A stretch of 64,000 bases of DNA from Azolla caroliniana (lineage: Eukaryota; Plantae; Polypodiophyta): NCBI GenBank assembly GCA_043228905.1, contig JBHGNT010000016.1, positions 868,001-932,000 on the forward strand, given 5' to 3'. Shown here piece by piece: positions 12,675 through 24,200 of the stretch; the first letter of the stretch is position 1, and the number at the start of each line of letters is the position of its first letter. The position numbers and the translations under genes are program-made. The notes beneath the pieces were generated by a model that was not told where the DNA came from, made no database searches, and was given only the letters and a program-made list of their open reading frames with translations.

Positions 12675-13445
12675 CATTACCCACGACGAGACATTGTTAG
12701 ACTACGTATGTATGAAGACGCAGAGTTTTCTTTGTTCCTCTCTAAAATAAATATAGATCATCAAATCAAATGTCCACGGAACCTTTCTCTACATGATGCT
12801 TTTTTTTGTTCTTCTTGTTGATGTTGTTGTAGTGGTGGTGGGGGACTAGATTTGTAAATACACAGAAATAAGGAGACATAAATACATAAATACAGCTATG
12901 TGTAATAGAACAATCAATCATCACATTTGCGGATGCGTTGAAAAAGCCCAAGCCCCCCAACCCCCTTCTCTCTTCTCAGAGTCTCTCTCTCTCTTCAGAC
13001 TCCGTCGCCTCTGTCTCCATCTCCATCTCCATCTCCATCTTCTTTCTTTCTTTCTTTCTTTCTTCTCTGTTAGAGATTGTATGGCTACTTAGAAAGAAAG
13101 ACACGATCTCGCTCTCTTTGTTTTCCTTCTGTTCTGCTTCTCCTCTGTCTGAGAGAATCTCTCCTTGCAAAGAGCTGAACCCCCGCCCGCACTTTCTCTT
13201 TCCATTTTTCCCTCTCTCTTTCTTCTCTTCTTCGGAAGACTTCTTCTTCTCCTCTGCACAGAAGACTCCTCTGATTTTGAAATTAGAACGAAGAAGACCT
13301 CCCCTCCTGCTCTATCCCAATCAATCAAGGCCTCTCTGAATCAAAGGATCTTAGAGTACTCTGTTTTTTGAAGACGTCTTCTTCTTTTCAAACAAAACCT
13401 AGACTTCTTCTTCACCTTCGTTTCCTCCCTTTCATTTTTGTGCTA

Positions 13446-15395
13446 ATGGCGATGACAAACAAGATAGAAACGCCTGAGGAGATGCTGACCATCCTTATAC
13501 AACTCATCCAAGATATGGAAAAAGAAGCATCTTTGGCGGATTCATACAAGGCAGAGTGCCTTGAACTCGCAGCCAAGGCAGAGAAGTTAGCAATCCTACT
13601 CCGCCAGGTAGCACGCCTCGACAACACTGTCGCCAAACCTCTCTACACGCGCCCTCTCTCTCGTATGCTTCAAGAGCTCAAGAAATCTGTCCAAAAGGCG
13701 ATCGATCTCATCCACAAATGCAACCGAAAAGGTATGATCCGACGAGTTATCACTATCACTTCTGTACATGATTTCAAGCGTGTGAGCACCCTCTTAGATA
13801 GCTCCATGGGTGACCTCACTTGGTTTATCGCTATCTCTCGCAATGAAGGGGAAGGTGGGGGTATGCCACCCATCGCCTCAAGTGAACCTTTGTTAGGGTA
13901 TTGCTGGAATCAGATCATGCTTCTTTATCGAGGCAATGAAGACGACCAAGAAGAAGCCGTGAACTCTCTAAATGGTTTTGCAAAGGACACTGAGAGGTTT
14001 ATGAACATTATGATGGAGGAAGAAGCAGTACAGCCCCTGCTAAAAGTGTTGCAAGAAGGTACCCCCAATGCACGAGAAATTGCTGCCCGGACGCTTGGCT
14101 ACATTGCCAGAGATGAGACTACAGTGAATCAAATGGTAGCGTGTGGACTTGCCCCTGTGTTTGTGAAGGTTCTTACCAATGCTCCAATGAAGGTTCAAGT
14201 GGCTGTCGCTTGGGCTATGGCTCAGGTTTTGGACGTGGCTATGGCACAGGTTTTGGACGTCGACCCTGAAGAGCAGGATCAATTTCTAGAGCGTCTCCAA
14301 AGTCTATTTCTACAGCATCTTGCTGTACGGCCATTGGTTGCTCTCTTAGGAGAGTCTTTAGATGAACCCGAGAAGGAAAAAGTACCCATGACTATGACCT
14401 CGCTCGTGAACAAGATGGCTACTCTGGGCAATGATAAGGTTTTGGATCACGACGATCCTCCGCCCTTGCCACATCATGTCCAAAAGCCATCGATCAATGC
14501 ACCCTATGCGAGACCCCCACCCGTGAGACCAATACATACTAATGGCATTGGTATGACAGGAGGTAAGCACAACAATGAAAATGTTAAAGGGCTCACTCAA
14601 AGAGAGCTTAATAGAAGAGTCAGGGAGGCGGAAGACCCGAAAGTGAAGGCGGAGCTTAAGGCAGAAGTCGCCCGAGCTATATCAAAACTCGCCAAGAATA
14701 ATTCTAAGTCTTGCACTAGCATTACGGAGACAAAAGCTCTACTATGCTTTGCTGCATTAATGGAGAAAGAGATTGGAAATGTGCAACTCAACTCAACCAT
14801 AGCTGTGATGGAGATAATGGCAGTAGCGGAAAAAGATGTGAATCTAAGGAGGAAGGCAATTCGGATGACTTCTCCGGCCATGAAAGCTGTGGTGGATCAA
14901 TTGTTGAGGCTGGTCAGGGATGGGCGCCCAGAACTCCAGGTGGTGGCCATTAGGGCGGTCGGTTGTTTATCCCGGACATTTACCGTCCGAGAGACTAGGG
15001 TCGTTGGACCCCTCGTGAAACAACTTGAGGGCGCATTTGATGACATCATTGCTGAGGCTGTGAAAGCTTTGACAAAATTTGCTTGCACGGACAATTACTT
15101 GCATAAAGAGCATTCTAAAGCCATAGTCCAAGCGGGAGGGGCGGGTCCTCTCGTCCAGATGGTTTTTTTCTCAAAAAACGAGCTTCAAATCGACGCGGTC
15201 ACCTTGATGTGTTATCTAGCCATACATTCAGGTGAGGCTGCGACACTTGCAAAGGTGGAGCCCCTACCAGCATTGAAAGCGTTTATGAAAAATTCACATT
15301 TAATGCAACCGTCTTTCGCTGACCTTGTACAACAAGCCATCAACTATCTTGCGCTCTACCAGGGAAAGCAACTTACTGACCTCTCTGATCCATAG
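13446..15395 (+). CDS. ARO: ARMADILLO REPEAT ONLY (ARO)-family protein, single exon, 649 aa
   Basis: Colinear with ARO1-4 motifs: SYKAECLELAAKAEKLAILLRQVAR, LYTRP, IRRVITI, LDSSMGDLTW, GMPPIASSEPLL, MKVQVAVAWA, REAEDPKVKAELKAEVARA, SITETKALLCFA, GCLSRTF, KFACTDNYLHKEHSKAIV. The first ATG is at 13446; the ORF-track start at 13368 is a TTG within a CT-rich leader. Confidence 0.93.
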   Translation: MAMTNKIETPEEMLTILIQLIQDMEKEASLADSYKAECLELAAKAEKLAILLRQVARLDNTVAKPLYTRPLSRMLQELKKSVQKAIDLIHKCNRKGMIRRVITITSVHDFKRVSTLLDSSMGDLTWFIAISRNEGEGGGMPPIASSEPLLGYCWNQIMLLYRGNEDDQEEAVNSLNGFAKDTERFMNIMMEEEAVQPLLKVLQEGTPNAREIAARTLGYIARDETTVNQMVACGLAPVFVKVLTNAPMKVQVAVAWAMAQVLDVAMAQVLDVDPEEQDQFLERLQSLFLQHLAVRPLVALLGESLDEPEKEKVPMTMTSLVNKMATLGNDKVLDHDDPPPLPHHVQKPSINAPYARPPPVRPIHTNGIGMTGGKHNNENVKGLTQRELNRRVREAEDPKVKAELKAEVARAISKLAKNNSKSCTSITETKALLCFAALMEKEIGNVQLNSTIAVMEIMAVAEKDVNLRRKAIRMTSPAMKAVVDQLLRLVRDGRPELQVVAIRAVGCLSRTFTVRETRVVGPLVKQLEGAFDDIIAEAVKALTKFACTDNYLHKEHSKAIVQAGGAGPLVQMVFFSKNELQIDAVTLMCYLAIHSGEAATLAKVEPLPALKAFMKNSHLMQPSFADLVQQAINYLALYQGKQLTDLSDP

Positions 15396-18300
15396 TCATA
15401 CTGTGAAAACGTTCATCAGTCCCTTTTGTTTGACCATTTGCATCATCTAGTCACGACGGTTCGTGCCCCATTGCAATATTATATTTTCATCAATTCTTAA
15501 CATGGCAATCAGAATAGTTGTGGCTTCCATTCTCATTTTCTCTTAGGAAGTTTGTGCCACTGACACAAAAACCTAGGGTTTGTTTGGTTTGCATTATGGT
15601 CCATTACTTGTACATAGTTATATGAAAAAACCCCGACTTTGAACTGTGATATATTCAGTTGCAAATTGTGGAAACCAAAGCAGTGCATCAGAAACAGCCA
15701 CAACATGTTCTGAAGAAAAATCAAGTGCGTTTGTGATTTGGCATTTTTCTTTCTTTCAAGTGTAAGCAAAACGGCTTCGCACACCTAAACACATGAATTT
15801 GCTGGAAGATCAATCGATGATCAGAAGGTGATTTAATAGAGTGTACTGTTACATAATTGGTTTGTAATGTTGAAGCACCAGTTTTTGGTTTATTGTTCTT
15901 CTTTGGTATTTGGAAGATAGTGAATGAATTCAATCTTAATTTAATGGTGGTTGCTTGCTTCAGATATGTGTGTTTGTGTGTAGTTTAAAGATTTTCAAGA
16001 ATTAAATCTCCTGGAACCAATGGAAGTTTGGATCATGGATACTTGTTTTTGTAATGTAGCAGAAATATAGGTTTCTTTTGTTCGGATAATATCAGTTAAT
16101 ATTTCGTCTGGTGTGTATCTTGGGATGTAGTGTGTTGATGATACTTCACAAACTTATTACGTTCTAAGATTATTTATGTACTCTTTAGGAACGAAATGCA
16201 TATGATTAAACTGGTTGGGAATTGCTGCTGGTTATCATTCCCTTGATGTAACTTGGAAGGATTGAAAATGGTTCCTAGTGTTTAAATCAATAAAGATGAC
16301 TGAGAGCCTTTTCTTTGTGAGGGATCTTTCTTTAGGAATGTTGAATTGATTCATCTCCCTTTAGGCTCATTGAAAATCTAGAACTGAATTGGTATTTAAA
16401 GGTAAAACAAGGTGTGATGATGATTCATTTATCACCTTTTTGAAAGAATGATTGACTTCATCCCAATGGTGATAAATCATGTGGGGAAAATTTTCAATTT
16501 CCTAGGACAAGGAAAAAAAGCTACCTCCTTAGGGTTATGTTAGAAATGTAGTGTTTGGATTGCGAGGCAGTGATGAAATTCTTATCTACATGTCAATAAA
16601 ATGCAATCAAGTAAGCCAATAGGATCAACAGGATGTAATGTATTATTGCATAGAACCAAGAAAAAGGAGTATGAAGAAAAGATGTGATGTGTTGCAAATT
16701 ATGAAGAAGATTGATTTGTGTTTTAAGTGGGAAAAATAAATAAATAAATATTGACATGTGTTTTTTCGTCTAATTAGCTTGACACTCTTTTGGTATATCT
16801 ATAAATCAATATTATTAGGCCTGAGTAAGGGAATTTTTAGCAACAACTACTTTCTAAGATGTTAGCATTCTCATGGGGTTTGTTTTGAAGTTAGTAAAAG
16901 TTAGACTAATGGATTGCAAAATTTTAGTGGTTATGCCTTGTCAATATGTAAAGCACTTAGTGATCAATGCTTGTTTGCAAGAATGAATTGTGATGGTTTC
17001 GTGATGTGGTATGTAGAAACATAAATTGTGGAGCAACTTGTCATTTGAGGCACTATAGGATTGAATCACTACTTTAGAATAACCACTTTGTACAATTCTA
17101 CAATCTCAATTCTATTGTTTACCCTTTTGTAAATCAATCTCCACCAAATTAGTAGGTTGAACATGTGATGGCTTCTCCTCTCTCGTCCTTTATACTATTG
17201 TACTTACAAGGAACTATCCATGTGCAATAGCCAAATTTTTTATATATAAAGACAGAATGGACCTATGTGGTTGCCTTAGCTTTTAAGTGAGTATTGAGGA
17301 CATGGTATACAATGTATTTACTATACTAGATGTAGGCACTATTCCAATTGACATCCATCCTACCTTAATATTCTCCATGCCAATTCAATCCTATCGTATA
17401 TACCCAAGCTTCAACTTTATAAAAAAATTCTATTGACCTAAAAATAGAACATGGTCTTGCAAAAGTTATTCTTGACCTTAACATAGAAATGGAAGCGAAA
17501 TTTCCCTTCACAATAAACTATCTCATGTTGATAAAGCATAGTGTGAAAAAGAGAAACTTTAGAAGTCTCCATCAATTCATTCTAATAATGCTTTTCTTCT
17601 AGACTAGCTTACTAAATAGATTTTTATTTATGTTAAGTTTTCACTTCCTAAGGTTAAGGTTGCAACCTTGCATGTTCAAGTCCCAAACACTAAAAACATA
17701 TAATGCATTATGATATGATCTTGCACATTAGAATGTGTCATTGCCCAACCTAGGGGGGTTAAAAATGACAATAAGATATTAATACAATGCAACTTTAAAG
17801 GGAGAAATGACTATCATAATGAATTATCAAGTGAAAACTTAGTGCTTCGTATGCACACTCAATGATGAAGAAAGAAGGAGAAATTGATAGATATAGCTTT
17901 CTTTTCATGATTTTTCCTAATGATAATTAAGGAGTATCAAATTCAATGGATAGTGACAATAACATTTTCTTCATCAAACTTGACACGTGTGTGAATTTTG
18001 TAAGGTTTTTTTGGTGTAATATGGATTGTGCTAAAGAAACATAGAACTCCCACCCTGATGTGGGTGTTCTCTCTCTCTCTCTCTCTCTCTAGATATGTCT
18101 AAGTTTGGGAAGAAAAGGTGCAGTTTACTGTTGTCTAAGTAGTTTTTACCTTTTTGTGTACAATATGAATATTATGTAAACCACCAATGACACAATAGAT
18201 GGGCTATATTGATAAGTCATTACTAGAAATAATGGGGAAAATGTTTCACTTCTTATAGAACAATCATTAGATGCCAAAATTCAAATCAGAGGTAATTGTA

Positions 18301-18499
18301 TAGGGCATTGTATTGTGTAATAATTTAGTTGATATACTCTCCTTTCACCTTAATTTATACGCCAATTTTGTTCCTCTAAAATATCTGAATATATATTTAT
18401 CATGTTTAAAGAGTTATACAACATTTAGGATCTGAGAAACTAATCTTTTAACTCTTAGTTACTTGGGAGTTGAGTTTTACATTCATTGAATTTTATACA

Positions 18500-20425
18500 A
18501 CCAACATACAATTTGATGGGCATTTAACCTTTTCACGTCTTTATGAAGACCATGGTCTCTTGGTGGATGCGTTAAATCACTCACTTGTCTCCTTGGTCAG
18601 GTATAGCTCGGAGGAAAAGTTTTCCACTTCACTTTCAATTTTGAGAACAATATCCTCAACTTCTTTTCCTTGCAAAATCAAATTTACTAGGCTCATTAGA
18701 ATTATTTGTGATCAATCAAGTGTTCGTATATGCATGTGCAAAGCCAACCATATTTTACAATAAAATGTGTGCAAAAACAAATTTAAATGATTATATCATG
18801 AATAATATGAGTACGCATGATGAGGTTCGATCTCCTCACCATCCAACACCTCACTTTCAATAGCATACAAGTTTACGATACTTTGTTTTTCTAAACTACA
18901 TGTCAAGCATGGTCCCCATGAGTTTGACATGCCCAAATTTGCGATTTATATATCTTTGTGCACCATCGTGTATAGTACAATTACTAGTTGAATTGACAAT
19001 GATAAAGACTTTGTTCACAATGGTGCCCACACAACAAACGTATCTAGTACTTAAGTATTCACAAAGAGACAAAATTGAGATATGGTAAAAGTTGCATGGA
19101 TCAACAAACACCTCTTACAACATCGGAAAGACTTATGTTTTACTCGTGATCGCACAAAGCAAAGTATAATTTATCCAGGTGTATAATTGCATTGCAATAA
19201 GTGTTAAAGGTGACCATTCAATGGTCAAGTGGCTCATATCTCAGTGTCGGGGATACCTACCTCTAGTTTTGCGGGTCATTGGAATTCCACAGCAAATTTG
19301 TATGAAATGACTTCTAGAGCACCCTTCTTCATCCAGATATCTGGAGAAAATAACGAGGAACAAGCTGCTTTGTTAACTTCTTTCCCGTCCATTAAGGGAC
19401 TCCCTAATGGATTGGCCGATTTGTTTCACATCTTCGAGCTGAATAAAGTACACAAGAAAAGAGTTAGTCATGCTACAAAGAATCATGTGTGGCCATTCAC
19501 AGATTATAGTTTCTCATTACCAAACATTGGATGTGAAAAAAAAGTTTTGAAAATCATAAAATCTATCTGCTATTAAACAATTTTCTATCACAGGTGGTTT
19601 AATTTTGTCAATCTTGTACATAAATTCCATTCATTGTGAGCAAAATGACATGCTGAATCCTAATAAGACGTACAAAGATTAAAGAAAGGTAGTCTTTCCA
19701 TGTTATAAACCCTAAAGAGACTCGCCATTAGAAATTGTATCACATGGAATTTATCTGTCATTACCAACGTGTTTTTATGTAACATAGCATTTATTAGTTT
19801 TTTTTTATAGCTGGGGATTTATTATGAAAAAATCTTGATATGCCTTAAATAAATTTTATGATGAAAGGAAAACATTGAATGGATTTGACTATGGTCCTAA
19901 ACTTAATCTTCTCTCTCTTGAAAACTAGGTTTTTGTTAGTAATGATACAAGTAAAACAACAGCAAACTCTTGCCTTGTTCAAATATATTCACATAAGAAA
20001 AATCCAAGTACATCCACATATTCTATTATCTATCTAAGATTGAACGGAAAATGTCCATAACGTCTAAAACGTATGTACACATGATTCGACAAGAATCAAA
20101 GGTTGCATTAGCCTTGGCCCTTATGCCATCAAATGCACACAAATTGATGGGGGCTAATAAAAGGTTTGAGAGTTTGCAATATACTTCTGTAATTATTAAA
20201 TCTAGGATTAGAACTAGTACTGGATCTAAAAAGACAGTAGCTGTGCTTTGCATAAGGTCTGCGGTCTACATTACACTTATCTCTGAAAGCATTGCTAATC
20301 CTATACCAAAGGATTTTCCATGTTGCTCTGAATAGGGACAGCCTCACATGTTCTTTGGATGTTTTGTTAAGCCTATGCCAAATGACCGTCCATTGAGATT
20401 AATATGATGGCCCATGCCAGTGGGA
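18500..20425 (-). mobile_element. Decayed coding-like remnant, possibly a DNA-transposon transposase (family unassigned)
   Basis: A run of interrupted minus-strand frames with protein-like composition (e.g. TATVFLDPVLVLILDLIITEVY, QRYINRKFGHV). No diagnostic catalytic motif or TIR was recognised. Confidence 0.25.
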
Positions 20426-20522
20426 ATATGTAGACCACAGACCTTATGCAAAGCACAGCTACTGTCTTTTTAGATCCAGTACTAGTTCTAATCCTAGATT
20501 TAATAATTACAGAAGTATATTG
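20177..20522. repeat. 95-bp inverted repeat (arms 20177-20271 and 20428-20522, 156-nt loop)
   Basis: CAATATACTTCTGTAATT...GGTCTGCGGTCTACAT is the reverse complement of ATGTAGACCACAGACC...CAGAAGTATATTG at 94 of 95 positions. Confidence 0.95.
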
Positions 20523-20850
20523 TTGGAGTACATGTCCAAAAACTCATCTAGATTATGACTTGAAGACTGTGGATTCAAATTTCGTCCCTGCACTACATGT
20601 TCACAATGAATAAGCAAATGAGGATTATTCTATGATAATCCACGCTTAAGAATGGGAAAGTACTGTGACTATTCATCTTGTCAATTTGGTGTGATTCCAT
20701 TCTACATTATGAACCACTTCATCATGCTGTTTAAAATACTCATTAGATGGTTCTTTGGGGAAGATATGCATTTCAGGCTTGAAGTATGATGGGCTAGAGC
20801 AGCTGAAAGCTTAACGGTTCCCAAGGAACTTTCAGTCATAGTACAGACGA

Positions 20851-21243
20851 ACAAGATCCAATGTCAAGTGAGAAATAGCGCAGATCAATTGTTATGGTCT
20901 TTAGGCAATCACTTGAAACGGGGGGTGATTGAGCCATCACAATCACAAAATGGACTTGGAAGCAGCCATCGGCTAGAAAAAGCATAACAAGATCCAATGT
21001 CAAGTGAGAAACAACGCAGATCAATTGTTATGATTTTTAGGCAATCACTTGAAAAAGGGGGTGATTGAGCCATCACAACCAGAAAATGGACTTGGCAGCA
21101 GCCATCCACCAGAAAAAAGCATAACAAGATCCAATATCAAGTGAGAAACAGCGCAGCTCAATTGTTATGGTCATTAGGCAATCACTTGAAAAACGGGGTG
21201 ATTGAGCCATCACAACCAGAAAATGGACTTGGAAGCATCCAGC
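20851..21243. repeat. Three tandem copies of a 136/137-bp unit
   Basis: ACAAGATCCAAT.TCAAGTGAGAAA starts at 20851, 20987 and 21124. Confidence 0.95.
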
Positions 21244-21267
21244 CGCCCATGCTCTAGCTTCCTGGAG
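21073..21267 (-). CDS. Probable exon 2 of the small hydrophobic protein gene (LQEARAWAAG...IFWL*)
   Basis: The acceptor TTTTCAG| precedes 21267 and its phase 0 matches the exon 1 donor. The frame runs 65 codons to TGA at 21075-21073. Homology of this exon to the family C-terminus is not verified. Confidence 0.45.
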   Translation of the reverse strand, partial: LQEARAWAAGCFQVHFLVVMAQSPRFSSDCLMTITIELRCFSLDIGSCYAFFWWMAAAKSIFWL

Positions 21268-21900
21268 CTGAAAACATTTCAGAGCTTGAGTGATTCATCA
21301 AAGTAACATGACCTTGAAAGGATCTTTTTCAAGAGTTAATAGCGATACGATGTGTCAATCAAGGACAGCTGTTGGTGACAACAATTGGAGTTACCAGAAA
21401 CGATAATTCTGTCATGATTAATGAGAAGTCATTTGAAAAGCAGAGAGCCATAGATTCTCACAGCCAGAATTTAGAGATTGACAGTGTAAAAAAACCTAAA
21501 AAGCATAATTTTTTGTGGGCAATAGGCTGATCATAGCGCATTTGGTTGTGAGATATTGATATAGTCCACAAAGCCAAAAAACAGATACATGCATCCATGA
21601 AAAGAAAATTATTAAAGGCTTGAAAGGCAGCGGTACTGAGCCAAAAATAGTAGATGAAGTATACACACATATGCAACTATACAAACAGACAGAATGCAGA
21701 TTAGTCCTATCCCCCTACATGACAATGAGGGCGTTAATATCAAAAAGATCCCTCAGGCAACATTTCGTGATCTATTTACATTGTGAAAGGCCATAAAGAA
21801 TTTCCTTTGCCATTTGATGATCAGAAATTTGTCAGCACTATGAAAACATGTACTTGTCCATGAGTGGACGAACAGAAGAAGGAGAAAAAGAAGAGACTAC

Positions 21901-22113
21901 CCGGCTAATCCCGGAGGAGTGGAGCGCTGCAGCTGTGGCAGAGACGGCGGCACCAAGGCCGAGAGAAGCGATGAAGAACGCACGAGCGGGCATGGTGGAG
22001 GCTCTGTATCCTCTGGTGTAAAGAAGGAAAGCTCCCACTATCTGCGCCGCGCTGCAAGAGGCCCACATCGCAATAGCCCCGTCTCCTCCTCTTCTGCTGT
22101 CGCCTTCCGCCAT
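21901..22113 (-). CDS. Exon 1 of a small plant-specific membrane-type protein of unknown function
   Basis: GC-rich ORF MAEGDSRRGG...WASCSAAQIVGAFLLYTRGY...MPARAFFIASLGLGAAVSATAAALHSSGISR with two hydrophobic segments. It resembles a conserved plant family with the pattern MP.KAF.VASL..GA..SA....L..SGI. The donor is CGG|GTAGT at 21900. Confidence 0.75.
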
Positions 22114-22124
22114 AGCTCGCAGTG

Positions 22125-23714
22125 GGATCTAGTTAATTAAGAGCATATGTTATGGAGCAGAGCAATAGAGAGAGACGAGGAAATCAGGTTTCGAACCCAA
22201 GACATGGTGCTAAATAGTGTAACAACTAATCACTAAGGGTAAGGTAATTACGATTAAGAGAGAGACAGAGAGATTGATTTTTGCCAAAGTATGTTGGATT
22301 TTATGGCATCCTCCACAAGAAAGGGGATATGCCAATTCATTACAAATGGAAGTTTTGGCGACATCAAGGTTGTAGAGGTGGGAAGGTAATCAACTTCTTC
22401 TTAACTGTCAATTTAATCGGATAGTTAGATTGGGTTTGATAATAGTCAAGGATGTTATGTTGGTATTCCAAGAGGTTAAACCATTATTAAGGATAAGTTG
22501 CAAGGATTATTATCATCGTATAAGCCAATTCTTGATTTAAATTTTAGATGATGGCATCTGGTTATATATAATCAATTATCAACTCAAGTTATCAATTTAT
22601 CCCCACACTTAGAGTTCAAATTTTGTGATAGTGGCCCAAATGAGGAGCAGCTCATACACAATTGTTGTGACTATTATCGGTCCCCACTAATTTTGTAGTC
22701 GGTTAGTTCAAATCCCATCTAAGCTCTAAGTTGTGAGTGCATGGCATGGGTGGACTACGATTGTGAGCTACTCTCATATGTAATAGAAAGTTTGTTTGCA
22801 TATATACATCTCTGTAATTGTAACTCAATATGTCTAATCAATTCTCAAGATTTCTAACACATCTTAAGAGCTTGATTTGGAAATTTGTTATAACTGGGAG
22901 ATTTGACTATGACATCAACAAATGATGCTTATCATAGGTTGATTGACAAACATAAGTGGATGGAAGAAAGTATCATAAAGATATAGGATTTTTGTAAGCC
23001 CATTACGTGGTGGTTTCATGTGATTAAGGTAGGTTGGGAGCTTTACCATTGGGGGATGCATTAAACAAAAGAAACATTGCTAGAAGAATGTGTTTCATTT
23101 CTTTGGTGGAATTGAAACATAACGGACATTGATTTCTTTCATGCCCAATGGCTAGAATGGTTTGGAGATGTATCAAATTTCTCTAGATGTCTTTAACTTG
23201 AGCAAAACTATCTTCATTCAAATGAGTTTTTGCACATATGGAGGACATTGAATTGATGCCTCATTCAACCCCTACATCCCACAATGCATCAAGTAAATTA
23301 AGAGGATGTATATGGAGTAATAGAGAAATTGGCTCTCAGACCCAAGACGTGGGACCAGTAGTCTAACAATTTACAACAAGAGTAAGTTGATTACTATAAA
23401 GAAATAGCCCAAATGGATGTAGCTTAGTTGGTAAGGTTGCCCAATGGAGACTAGGATGAATGTCATGGGTTCAACCCCTACATCCCATGATGGCATCTAG
23501 TTAATTATGATATATGTGTGTCAAATGAGAACATCGGGTTTTGAACCCAACGCATAGTGCTAGTAGTATAACAACTTACCGCTAGGGTAAGCTAATTACG
23601 AGAGAGAGCAGTTGGTAAGGTTGCCCAATGGAGCCTAAGAGGTTATGGTTTCACCCCCCTAGGTTCTACAATGGCATAGTTGGGTAAGCTAATTACGATG
23701 AAGAGAGAGAAAAA

Positions 23715-23786
<72 letters not shown>

Positions 23787-24200
23787 ATAATTGCCCATAT
23801 GGATGTAACCCAATTGGTAGGTAAAGTTATGTCATGGACCAAAAGGTCAAGTGTTCAACCCCTAAATTTTATACTAACATCTATTAAATTAAGAGATATG
23901 TATGGAGTAATAAGGAGGTGAGAAATTTGGGTGTCAAACCCACCCCAACCCCTTGGTAAGGTTGTCTCGTGAAGACCAGAAGGTCATGTGTTCAACCCCT
24001 AAATTCAACAATGGCTTTTAGTGAATTAAGGGAATACGTACGCAATAATAGTAACAGGGAGTTGAGAAAGGCTTGTGCAGCTATGAAGAACAAGAAGGTC
24101 ATGTGTTCAAACTTGAAATTCTATAATGGCTTCCAGTGAATTACCCCAACCCCCTGGTAAGGTTATCTCACGGAGACCAAAAGGTCACGTGTTCAACCCC
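22125..24200. mobile_element. Cluster of diverged tRNA-derived SINE-like repeat copies and fragments
   Basis: Related units lie at about 22125-22260, 23263-23395, 23407-23600, 23610-23700, 23792-23945, 23953-24065 and 24155-24200. They share AGTTGGTAAGGTTG (A-box-like), GGTCA.G.GTTCAACCCCTA (B-box-like) and ATGGCATCTAGTTAATTA. Confidence 0.65.
23722..23783. repeat. (TG)n(AG)n compound microsatellite
   Basis: Directly visible. Confidence 0.95.

Noticed and set aside
13368-13445. 26-aa N-terminal extension of ARO in the ORF track
   Set aside because: It starts at TTG in a pyrimidine-rich leader; family similarity begins after ATG 13446.
20926-20946. TGATTGAGCC in the 136-bp repeats resembling miR171
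   Set aside because: Only the first 10 nt match contiguously and no complementary star arm is visible.
23415-23486. Functional tRNA gene (resembles tRNA-Pro/Ala ends)
   Set aside because: No coherent anticodon arm, and it belongs to a family of diverged local repeats. Treated as a SINE-like head.
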